From the NCBI GenBank assembly GCA_038045185.1, contig JBBSYO010000020.1:1-52734 (forward strand): a stretch of DNA of 52,734 nucleotides, read 5' to 3'. Positions 42,093-49,785 of the stretch are shown here, one piece after another (the stretch's first letter is position 1; each line of letters opens with the position of its first letter). Below the pieces are notes generated by a model that was given only the letters and a program-made list of their open reading frames with translations, did no database searches and was not told the origin of the DNA. Origin of the DNA: Nanobdellota archaeon (GTDB taxonomy: Archaea; Nanobdellota; Nanobdellia; Pacearchaeales; GW2011-AR1). The translations under genes were made by a program, and so were the position numbers.

Positions 42093-42329
42093 CTATCTCA
42101 ACACATCAGAAGTTTTGTTAATTCCGAAATCTTGACCGGGTAGCCACTCCGCCCGCACTGCATATCCAGTAACATAAACTGCTTTGTCATAAAAACCAGA
42201 AAGCCAGCCAAAGTACAAATCAAAGAACTTATCGCGCTCCGCAGAATCATGCAAAGCCAAATTATTATTACTTATAATCAACAATGCTGAAAGCACCAGA
42301 ATCTTAACAAGAATGATAAAGGACTTCAT
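42093..42329 (-). CDS. small secreted/membrane protein (78 aa)
   Basis: N-terminal hydrophobic signal-like segment. 4-nt overlap with the upstream ORF. Confidence 0.4.
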   Translation of the reverse strand: MKSFIILVKILVLSALLIISNNNLALHDSAERDKFFDLYFGWLSGFYDKAVYVTGYAVRAEWLPGQDFGINKTSDVLR

Positions 42330-42634
42330 TTGACTGTAGTTACGTTATTTAAGCCCCAATCGAGGTTCACGACATTCCCGGTTATCTGCGCGAAATTACC
42401 AAAGAAAGCCCCCAACCAAGTCGCATACACCCTGCCAAAAGAAACAAACCCGTCAAATGACGCGAAATTCGGATCACTTACTGCTCCAACATAAATCACA
42501 GTAAACACAAAAAAGAGTGCGGCGCCGACAAGAATGTACGACCAGATATTCTGTCCAATGTTAGTTGCTTTTACAAAGACAACCAACGCAGCCATCACCA
42601 TAATAACCAATATCCAGCCCACAGCCATACACAT
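42326..42634 (-). CDS. membrane protein (102 aa, about 3 TM)
   Basis: Hydrophobic segments. Confidence 0.45.
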   Translation of the reverse strand: MCMAVGWILVIMVMAALVVFVKATNIGQNIWSYILVGAALFFVFTVIYVGAVSDPNFASFDGFVSFGRVYATWLGAFFGNFAQITGNVVNLDWGLNNVTTVK

Positions 42635-42702
42635 TTAGGAACAAGTTTGTATAAATATCTTTCGAGCAAGATTTTTAAGCCCTGAAAACACCCTATAACC
42701 CT

Positions 42703-42775
42703 AGCCCCGTCGTATAGTGGTCAAGTATTCGGGCCTCTGGCGCCCGAGACCCAGGTTCGAATCCTGGCGGGGCTA
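42703..42775 (+). tRNA. tRNA-Pro (TGG)
   Basis: AGCCCCG...CGGGC-CTCTGGC-GCCCG...CCAGG-TTCGAAT-CCTGG-CGGGGCT-A. TATA gatttttaag about 28 nt upstream. Confidence 0.9.
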
Positions 42776-42838
42776 TAACCAATTGAGCGAAGCGAAATGG
42801 TTTAGAACCGACAGCACTAAGAACCACAGTTCTTTCAG

Positions 42839-42850
42839 CTGGCGGGGCTA
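42839..42850 (+). repeat. 12-nt duplicate of the tRNA-Pro 3' end
   Basis: ctggcggggcta is identical to 42764-42775, separated from it by a 63-nt hairpin-containing spacer. Confidence 0.7.
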
Positions 42851-42909
42851 TCCATTTTCCAAAAGGCTTAACACAACTCTTTTAAACCGTCTTCCGCTCT
42901 CCCCTTCAT

Positions 42910-42934
42910 GCCCTTGTAGTCTAGTGGTCAAGGA
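42910..42934 (+). pseudogene. displaced tRNA 5' fragment (acceptor 5' strand plus D-arm) resembling tRNA-Glu
   Basis: GCCCTTGTAGTCTAGTGGTCAAGGA versus tRNA-Glu GCTCTTATCGTCTAGATGGTCAAGGA. TATA-like ctcttttaaacc about 27 nt upstream. Confidence 0.65.
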
Positions 42935-42966
42935 AACTATTTATAGTAGCGACGCATTTAGAATAA

Positions 42967-43863
42967 GTGAGAATTCGCTTAGAAAAAGGAAAACAGCGAG
43001 AGTTAATTGAACAGGCTAAAATGAATTTAACCTGGAATCAATTAGGCAAAAGAGTGAATCTAAATTCTCATTATCTTCAAAATGAATTAAGAAATGAACA
43101 AAAACTCATTTCAGAAGAGCTATTTAATCATTTATTATCATTGACAAAGAAAGATTATTCATGCTTTATCGCGGAAAAGCTCGCAGATAACTGGGGAAGA
43201 TCAAAGGGCGGGAAAAATTCTAAGGGCAATACTAAAGTTATTTCTCCTTCGAAGAAGAATATTTATTTAGCCGAATTAATCGGAATCATACTGGGAGACG
43301 GACATGTTGAGAAACGCGTAAATGACACAACCAGGTGTTATACTCTTAAAATTGCAGGTCATATAAAAAATGACTGCGCGTATTTATCTTATTACGTGAG
43401 CAACCTCATTAAGCAGATATATGGAGAATTTCCTTCTATCCGTAAAGATGCCAATTATGGTGTAATGTGGGCTGTCCTGCACGGCAGAGGTGTAGTGGAA
43501 GATCTAACAAATAAGGGCTTGGGAACAGGCAACAAGAAAAAGAATAATCAAGGAATTCCCGATTGGATTAAAGAAAACAAATCCTTTCTTAAAGTTTGCC
43601 TTCGTGGTCTTATTGACACAGACGGATCAATCCATCGGATTTCAAAGAAAAATAAAAATCTCAGAATTTGTTTTACCAGTTACATTCCTCAATTACTAAG
43701 TGATGCCAGAGAAGCATTTATTTGCGCAGAATATTTTCCTTCAAAAATAATTAAAGATAATCAGTTCTTCATTACGCGTAAAGAAAACATTGCTCGTTAT
43801 GTGAAAGAAATAGGATTTGCCAACGAAAAACATTTAAAAAGACTTGAAAGATTAGGTAGCTAA
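42967..43863 (+). CDS. double-motif LAGLIDADG homing-endonuclease-like protein
   Basis: Motifs LAELIGIILGDGHV and LRGLIDTDGSI. GTG start about 25 nt after TATA ctatttatag. The stop abuts the first base of tRNA-Glu. Paralogous to 40993-42006. Confidence 0.8.
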   Translation: MRIRLEKGKQRELIEQAKMNLTWNQLGKRVNLNSHYLQNELRNEQKLISEELFNHLLSLTKKDYSCFIAEKLADNWGRSKGGKNSKGNTKVISPSKKNIYLAELIGIILGDGHVEKRVNDTTRCYTLKIAGHIKNDCAYLSYYVSNLIKQIYGEFPSIRKDANYGVMWAVLHGRGVVEDLTNKGLGTGNKKKNNQGIPDWIKENKSFLKVCLRGLIDTDGSIHRISKKNKNLRICFTSYIPQLLSDAREAFICAEYFPSKIIKDNQFFITRKENIARYVKEIGFANEKHLKRLERLGS

Positions 43864-44033
43864 GCTCTTATCGTCTAGATGGTCAAGGACGACGCCCTCT
43901 CGAACGCCGAGTGTTACATCGTCGAGATTATACACTCAGTCCCTCTGCGGACAGGCATTCCTATTATCGGGCTTGCATTCTTGCAAGCCCTTGGAGAACG
44001 GCGTAAACCCGGGTTCGAATCCCGGTGGGAGCA
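43864..44033 (+). tRNA. tRNA-Glu (CTC) with an intron of about 95 nt in the anticodon loop
   Basis: GCTCTTA-TC-GTCT...GGAC-G-ACGCC-CTCTCG / intron / GGCGT-AAAC-CCGGG-TTCGAAT-CCCGG-TGGGAGC-A. The intron contains the 9-bp hairpin GGGCTTGCA/TGCAAGCCC. Confidence 0.8.
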
Positions 44034-44143
44034 TCAGGCTGTTGAATGAGATGAAACAGCAAGCCACTGACGGTATGAGAACTTCAGTTCGAATGAACCG
44101 GCAGGGGCGTGATGTTAGTATGACATAATCATCGGATATTGAA

Positions 44144-44872
44144 TTATTTTTTAGCTATTTTCCAAAGGAGCTCAAAATGTTTCCTGTAGCTTTCAGCAAC
44201 AGCCTTATCCTTTATTAAGAAAGCGTAAGGATTTTCTGTAAATACAGCAATGGCCACGCAATCTCCAACTATGACGGTTTCCTGGAATTGAGCAAATTCC
44301 TTATCCACGTATCTTACTGAAGTGAGTTTATTCTTTTCTATCTCGGCGCCCCCTATATTTTTTACAGAAGCGTCAAACACCTGACGTGAAGGCAATTTAT
44401 TTTCAATCCTCCGTTTATGTAGATTTAACCACCAGGTAAGACCCATTATCTCGGCTGTTATCGGACCGCCGCCAAACGTATTGTATTCTCCTTTTGCATT
44501 AATCATAATCTCGTAAACCTCTTTTATCCCCCTAATTCCCTTGTAGACGCTCGCCATCTCTTCCTTAACTGCATTATTTTGTCTTGCTCGTAACTCGGGC
44601 AGGATTTCTTCAAACTTCTTCTTTTTATCTTCAATATAGGTAAAGAATTGTTCTGGATCAGTAGCTTGGTATACCTTTCTCTTGCCCTCTAATATAAAAT
44701 TGATAAGACTCTTCTCTATAAGTGAATTCAAATCACGGTGAACGGTAGAGTTGGGCAAACTCGATTTTTCTAAAATCGCTCCTGCAGTTGAAGAACCCAA
44801 TCCCAAGAGAGTCAAATATACTTTTATTTCTGTATGCGTCAATCCCAAATCTTCTAGTATCCTAGTATCCAT
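44144..44872 (-). CDS. TrmB-family transcriptional regulator
   Basis: N-terminal LEDLGLTHTEIKVYLTLLGLGSSTAGAILEKSSLPNSTVHRDLNSLIEKSLI (TrmB wHTH). Confidence 0.8.
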   Translation of the reverse strand: MDTRILEDLGLTHTEIKVYLTLLGLGSSTAGAILEKSSLPNSTVHRDLNSLIEKSLINFILEGKRKVYQATDPEQFFTYIEDKKKKFEEILPELRARQNNAVKEEMASVYKGIRGIKEVYEIMINAKGEYNTFGGGPITAEIMGLTWWLNLHKRRIENKLPSRQVFDASVKNIGGAEIEKNKLTSVRYVDKEFAQFQETVIVGDCVAIAVFTENPYAFLIKDKAVAESYRKHFELLWKIAKK

Positions 44873-44928
44873 TATCCTACTATTTGGGAGGATATATATT
44901 TAAATACTGTCATTTCAGTGTAACCACT

Positions 44929-45456
44929 ATGAAAGAACTAATAAAACCATTAGAGAATGGTAATGTGAAAGGGGGTAGTGAGAACAGAATGACGCGAAGA
45001 GAATTACCAGAACCTGTAGACAGAACCTTCTTGGGAGTACCGCAAAGTGTGACTGCAGCCTATGAAAATAAATGGGCTGGAAACTTAGTAGCCTATCCAG
45101 TAGATTACGATCCGATAGCTTCTGATCATGTTTATAAAAAGTTAGATGATATTGATGAAAATCCTCTTTATTGGAATGATAAACATAGTTCATTTATTCG
45201 TAGAAGTGCCGGAAAGGTTGCTTTTGGTTTAATGAAATCTATGAAAGCTAGACAAATGGGAGAAAGACAATACAGGCACATATCAAGCACACCCATTTGG
45301 CGATTGAGATTGGAATTTGCTCTAGCTTGCGCTCTAAATAAATATGTGGGAAGACAAGACACAGAAGATGTTCAGTTCAGAAGAGAAATGGATTTAAGCG
45401 AGGCTTGCTTTCAACGACAGAAAGCCATAGGAGCATATCTTAAACCAAAATTTTAA
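44929..45456 (+). CDS. hypothetical protein
   Basis: ORF (track start 44884; ATG 44929 preferred); no motif recognised. Confidence 0.4.
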   Translation: MKELIKPLENGNVKGGSENRMTRRELPEPVDRTFLGVPQSVTAAYENKWAGNLVAYPVDYDPIASDHVYKKLDDIDENPLYWNDKHSSFIRRSAGKVAFGLMKSMKARQMGERQYRHISSTPIWRLRLEFALACALNKYVGRQDTEDVQFRREMDLSEACFQRQKAIGAYLKPKF

Positions 45457-45475
45457 TTTTTATTATAATAGTATC

Positions 45476-45653
45476 GTGGTGTGCAGAAGGGGGCGCTGGC
45501 AGACAGAGAGATATAGAGTAAGCCTTTTCTGCAAAAATACCCGATTTAGCGTCGATTGTCGAGTTCTCCACCAGTTGAAATCGGGTGGCTTATTCTAGCC
45601 ACTTTGTGAGCACTTTTTCGACTTCGGTTCTTTGGGTAGAAGGTGTACACAAC
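45476..45653 (+). ncRNA. candidate structured RNA in a 226-nt GC-richer intergenic gap
   Basis: Terminal pairing GTGGTGTGCA/TGTACACAAC (9 of 10). Helices CCCGATTT/AAATCGGG and GTGGCT/AGCCAC plus a CTTCGG loop. An AT-rich TATA-like tract lies immediately upstream. No ORF. Confidence 0.3.
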
Positions 45654-45683
45654 CATTAAAAACACGTAGAACTTAGAGAAAAT

Positions 45684-45980
45684 ATGAAAAAGAAAAGCGA
45701 AATAGAAAATATCAAGGAAAAGATAATGCCCCTCCTAAAGAAGCATAAAGTAACAAGGGCAGGGATATTTGGTAGCTATGCCCGCGGAGAACAGACCAAG
45801 AAAAGCGATGTAGACATATTGGTTGAATTAGACAACGACACAGGACTACTAGAGTTTGCACACATTAAAGGTTTATTAGAAAAAGAACTTAAAAGAAAAG
45901 TTGATTTAGTAGAATATGAAGGAATAAGAAAAGAGTTAAGGAAAAATATACTAAGCGAAGAAATACCTATAATAAGATGA
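45684..45980 (+). CDS. mntA: minimal nucleotidyltransferase antitoxin (MNT)
   Basis: GIFGSYARGEQTKKSDVDILV (GS-x-D-x-D). Confidence 0.85.
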   Translation: MKKKSEIENIKEKIMPLLKKHKVTRAGIFGSYARGEQTKKSDVDILVELDNDTGLLEFAHIKGLLEKELKRKVDLVEYEGIRKELRKNILSEEIPIIR

Positions 45981-46312
45981 AAAGAGACTATAAACTGTAC
46001 CTAAATGATATAAGGGATAGCATAACGCAAATCGAAGAATATATGCTAAGTGTTTCCGAAGAAAACTTCAAGAAAAATAAGCTTTTACAGGATGGTGTAA
46101 TAAGAAGATTTGAAATAATTGGAGAGGCAAGCAGAAACATTCCAAGAGCATTAAAAGAAAAGAACAAGCAAGTCCCTTGGTTTGATATGGCCCAATTTAG
46201 AGATTTAGTTAGCCATAACTATTTTGAAATTGGTCTGGATAGAGTCTGGAAAGCTGTAAAAAAGAATATTCCGATTATAAAAGAAGCTCTTAACAAGGTT
46301 TCTTTAATATAA
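45977..46312 (+). CDS. hepT: HEPN-domain toxin (HepT/DUF86)
   Basis: RDLVSHNYFEI (R-x4-H-x-Y). 4-nt overlap with the MNT gene. Confidence 0.85.
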   Translation: MKRDYKLYLNDIRDSITQIEEYMLSVSEENFKKNKLLQDGVIRRFEIIGEASRNIPRALKEKNKQVPWFDMAQFRDLVSHNYFEIGLDRVWKAVKKNIPIIKEALNKVSLI

Positions 46313-46450
46313 AGCAATATTCAATCATCAGACCATCAGAGCCAATATTACGGCAGAAGCATAAAGCAGAAAGTTCGACGCACCCTAACCCTAAAGATAA
46401 GATTTTTGTCAGCCTTGCCCGACATAAAACTATTTAAGTAAAAGCATCTT

Positions 46451-47575
46451 GTGACGAACATGGACGCAACAACTCCAGAAATCGCAAACAATATAGATGA
46501 CGATAAAAAGGACGTGCAACAAACAATTATTCAGTTGCCTGATTACAATCAAAAGCTCACCGACGAAGAAGTCGTCGACATTCTGCGCATGGTAGCTCCA
46601 GGCACAAACCTTCGCACCGCACTAGAAGGTATAGTCAAAATAGGGAAAGGTGCGCTCATAGTAGTCGAAAATGAATTCACTCCAGCGATTATCGACGGGG
46701 GATTCAAAATCAACTGCCGTTTTACGCCACAAAGGCTGATGGAGCTGGCGAAAATGGACGGAGCAATTATTCTTTCCAACGACATGAAGAAAATAATGCA
46801 TGCCAATGTGCTGCTCACGCCGGACAGCCACATTCTATCCAACGAAACAGGCACGCGTCATAAGTCAGCCGAACGCAGCGCTCGCATGACAGGCACATTA
46901 GTTATCGCTGTCTCAGAAAGAAAACATGAAATAACACTTTATCACAAAAACCTCAGACGCGTCTTGCTTAACAGCAATGAACTGCTCAGAAAAACAAACG
47001 AGCACATCCAATTGCTGGAAAAACAACGCGAGTTATTTGACACAAGCATAACCAATCTTACGAAGATGGAAATGCGCAATTACCCAAGTCTCGACGTAGC
47101 AATACAAACTGTCCAAAAAGGATACGCAATACAAAAGATTGCAGAAGGCATCCAGAGGAGTCTGGTCGAGTTAGGCAAAGAAGGCTCGCTCCTGAAAACG
47201 CGCCTCAAGGAGCTGCTCACCAATGTCCACGAAGAAACTGAGTTAGTCATAAAGGATTATACCAAACTGGACGTCAAGAAATCTCGCACATTGCTCCAGT
47301 CGCTTTCTTATGATGAGTTGCTCGAGAAAGAAAATATCACAAAATCACTTGCATACGAAACGCCAATCAAGCACAAGCAGATAAAAGGATGGCGCGTGCT
47401 CAATAAGACCTCTTTAGAAGAGCAGGAAATTGCTCTCCTAGTAAAAGAAGCAGGTACGCTCGGCAGAGCACTTAACTCACAACTAGGATTTTACAAGACC
47501 TTGCTCGGTGAAGAACGGGGCACGCATACCAAGGAAGAAATCGAACTCATAAAGCTCAATCACGATTCGTTCTAA
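46451..47575 (+). CDS. disA: DisA-like diadenylate cyclase (DAC domain plus helical linker; C-terminal HhH degenerate)
   Basis: LRTALEGIVKIGKGALIVV, KMDGAIILS, and ETGTRHKSAERSARMTG, the DisA_N/DAC signature. Length about 370 aa, as in DisA. Confidence 0.75.
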   Translation: MTNMDATTPEIANNIDDDKKDVQQTIIQLPDYNQKLTDEEVVDILRMVAPGTNLRTALEGIVKIGKGALIVVENEFTPAIIDGGFKINCRFTPQRLMELAKMDGAIILSNDMKKIMHANVLLTPDSHILSNETGTRHKSAERSARMTGTLVIAVSERKHEITLYHKNLRRVLLNSNELLRKTNEHIQLLEKQRELFDTSITNLTKMEMRNYPSLDVAIQTVQKGYAIQKIAEGIQRSLVELGKEGSLLKTRLKELLTNVHEETELVIKDYTKLDVKKSRTLLQSLSYDELLEKENITKSLAYETPIKHKQIKGWRVLNKTSLEEQEIALLVKEAGTLGRALNSQLGFYKTLLGEERGTHTKEEIELIKLNHDSF

Positions 47576-47579
47576 CCTC

Positions 47580-47984
47580 ATGAAAAAAATGTCCTATTGG
47601 AAATTTGGAGATACTAAAAAAGAGGCAGACTTACTTGCTAATTTGGTTATTTCTGGAAAGAAAAGAGCAACTTCTTCACTTTATGACTCTTATAAATATA
47701 GAAAAAAGCCCTTGCCCAGAAAAGGAATCAAGAACATCGTAACAGACTCCACAAATACCCCGCGATGTTTAATTATAATCACTAAAGTTGAGGTCAAGCC
47801 ATTTGGAAAAGTAGACCCTACATTTGCTGCAAAAGAAGGAGAAAGTAATCGCGCACTATCCTATTGGAGAAAAACACACAAGAAATTCTTTACGAAGAGG
47901 CTTAGGAAGATGAAAAAGAAATTTAGCGAGGATATATTGGTGGTTTGTGAAGAATTCAGGGTTGTAAAAATATTCAAGCAATGA
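47580..47984 (+). CDS. ASCH (PUA-like) domain protein
   Basis: YWKFGDTKKEADLLANLVISGKKRATSS is a typical ASCH N-terminus. Confidence 0.65.
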   Translation: MKKMSYWKFGDTKKEADLLANLVISGKKRATSSLYDSYKYRKKPLPRKGIKNIVTDSTNTPRCLIIITKVEVKPFGKVDPTFAAKEGESNRALSYWRKTHKKFFTKRLRKMKKKFSEDILVVCEEFRVVKIFKQ

Positions 47985-48735
47985 GTGAAATCTTGCCGTG
48001 CTGCCAATCGCGCAAAATCTGTATCGCCGTGCGCCGATAATCGAGCTCGCCACCCTTCTTCAGGAATCGTTTCTTAGTACCGACAGCAATAAACAAATCG
48101 TTCTCATCACCTTCCACAGCAATCCCATAAAACCGCGCAAAAGCAGCAAGGTGATTCTCTCTAACATATTTAAGCAACACAACTGCCGCGCGTTCAGGAA
48201 GTTTTAATTTTTCAGGGTCTCGTGCGCTCATAAGAGCAATGCGTGCCTCATCATGAACCTCGACTGGAATAACCCCGGGACTATCCATAATACGCAAGCC
48301 TCCAGCAGAAATCCATTGAATGCCTTTCGTCGTGCCTGCATGAGGAGAAACCTTCGCTTTTGCGCGCTTGGCAAGAGCATTAATCACAGAAGACTTCCCA
48401 ACATTCGGATATCCAACAAAACACACGCGCGGATCCGAATACCCTAGTTTTTTACCAATCATAAAAAGCCTTTCCTTAAGCACGCGCATGCCAAGATTTT
48501 TTACCCCAGAAACAAACACGCACCGCCCTACTCCAAGTTCCCGTTGTAAGCGTTCGACTGACTCGCGTGAAACCAAATCAGACTTATTAACTACAAATAA
48601 AAGCTGTTTCCTGTTCCTTTCAACCATCTGTTCAATATCTGCGCTACGCGACAACTCAGGCAGGCGCGCGTCCAGCACTTCCACTACAATATCTGCTTCA
48701 CGAATTGCGGTCTGCACACTATACCAAAATTGCAT
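47974..48735 (-). CDS. circularly permuted GTPase (YlqF/RbgA / Nug-like ribosome-biogenesis type)
   Basis: Motif order G4 VVNKSDL, then G1 GYPNVGKSS, then G3 DSPGV. Start taken at MQFWYSVQTAIREADIV. Confidence 0.7.
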   Translation of the reverse strand: MQFWYSVQTAIREADIVVEVLDARLPELSRSADIEQMVERNRKQLLFVVNKSDLVSRESVERLQRELGVGRCVFVSGVKNLGMRVLKERLFMIGKKLGYSDPRVCFVGYPNVGKSSVINALAKRAKAKVSPHAGTTKGIQWISAGGLRIMDSPGVIPVEVHDEARIALMSARDPEKLKLPERAAVVLLKYVRENHLAAFARFYGIAVEGDENDLFIAVGTKKRFLKKGGELDYRRTAIQILRDWQHGKISLIA

Positions 48736-48851
48736 GACCTCCAGAGCAAAAGCATCCTTATAAGGATTCGCTAGGACAAAGAGTTTAAAAACCACTTTTT
48801 CCCCATACAAACATGAAAAGATCCTCACGGCGCTGGAAAAAAAAAGGTCAA

Positions 48852-48929
48852 ATGCGGTGGAAGTGGCAGCGCAAGCGCCTTCGCAAAGAAAAGCGCAGAC
48901 GACGCCTCCACAGAGAACGCGCCGCATAA
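48852..48929 (+). CDS. rpl41e: ribosomal protein eL41 (25 aa)
   Basis: ATG...TAA encodes MRWKWQRKRLRKEKRRRRLHRERAA, the R/K-only composition and length typical of eL41. Not in the ORF track (too short). Confidence 0.55.
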   Translation: MRWKWQRKRLRKEKRRRRLHRERAA

Positions 48930-48975
48930 ACGTGCTAATGACCAAGTTTATTAATTCTCTCTCTGATAGTGGCTC

Positions 48976-49722
48976 ATGAAAACCGAAGAAAAAATAAAAG
49001 AAACGTATAATCTTCTGGCGCAGGAATACTCTGATCTGAGGAAAAACAAGGAAAAGGGCGGCTGGTTCTACAATGAGTATCTTGAAATGCCTACAACACT
49101 AAAAATGCTCGGAAATGTGAAGAAAAAGAAAATATTAGACATGGGGTGTGGACCGGGCTTCTATGCCAAGATACTTTCAGAAAGAGGGGCGATTGTTAAA
49201 GGCATCGATTTCTCCAGTAGCTTAATTGAAATTGCCAGAAAAGAAGTTCCAGAAGCAGAGTTTACTTTGGGCAATGCGGAGAAGCTGCCATATAAGTCAG
49301 AAGAATTTGAGATAGTTTTATCTGCTTTAATGATGGACCATTTGAAGTCATGGGATAAAGCATTAAAAGAAGTGAAGCGCGTTTTGAAGAAGAGAGGTTT
49401 ATTTGTTTTTTCTATTAAGAACCCTGTTACAATTTGCTTACAAAAGAAAAAGTGGTTTTTTAAAACCTTCCGCGAAATTGACAGGTATTTTGATGAAGAT
49501 TGGAGAATTGCAAAGTGGAAGGGCAAAAGAGTCAGCGGAGAGGGCGCACATCATCATAAAACGTATGGCACAATAATAAAATATTTAGTCAAATACGGAT
49601 TTGAGATTATTGATTGCGAAGATACTAAGCCCCTTTCTTCTGCTAAAAATATTTTTCCGAGGGAGTATCAAAAAACCGTGAACAGCCCTCATTTTTGCAC
49701 CTGGAAGACCGTGAAAAAGTAA
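48976..49722 (+). CDS. class I SAM-dependent methyltransferase
   Basis: Motif I ILDMGCGPGFYA. Acidic post-I VKGIDFS. Confidence 0.8.
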   Translation: MKTEEKIKETYNLLAQEYSDLRKNKEKGGWFYNEYLEMPTTLKMLGNVKKKKILDMGCGPGFYAKILSERGAIVKGIDFSSSLIEIARKEVPEAEFTLGNAEKLPYKSEEFEIVLSALMMDHLKSWDKALKEVKRVLKKRGLFVFSIKNPVTICLQKKKWFFKTFREIDRYFDEDWRIAKWKGKRVSGEGAHHHKTYGTIIKYLVKYGFEIIDCEDTKPLSSAKNIFPREYQKTVNSPHFCTWKTVKK

Positions 49723-49785
49723 GTCTGTCGGGCGCGTTTTCTGTAACACAACAATCTATAAAAACCCACTGCCCGAGAAACGTCC

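Noticed and set aside
44034-44109. The idea that CAGGGGC at 44102-44108 is the acceptor 3' strand matching the displaced fragment GCCCTTG (42910), which would make LAGLIDADG plus tRNA-Glu one insert inside another tRNA
   Set aside because: The 7-nt complementarity is good (one G-U). However, the preceding sequence has TTCGAAT without a pairing T-stem and no anticodon arm, so this is insufficient to claim a 3' half-gene.
48736-48945. First 70 codons of ORF 47974-48945
   Set aside because: The sequence is Cys/Ala/Phe-rich and non-protein-like. It is antisense to the eL41 mini-gene, and GTPase similarity starts at 48735.
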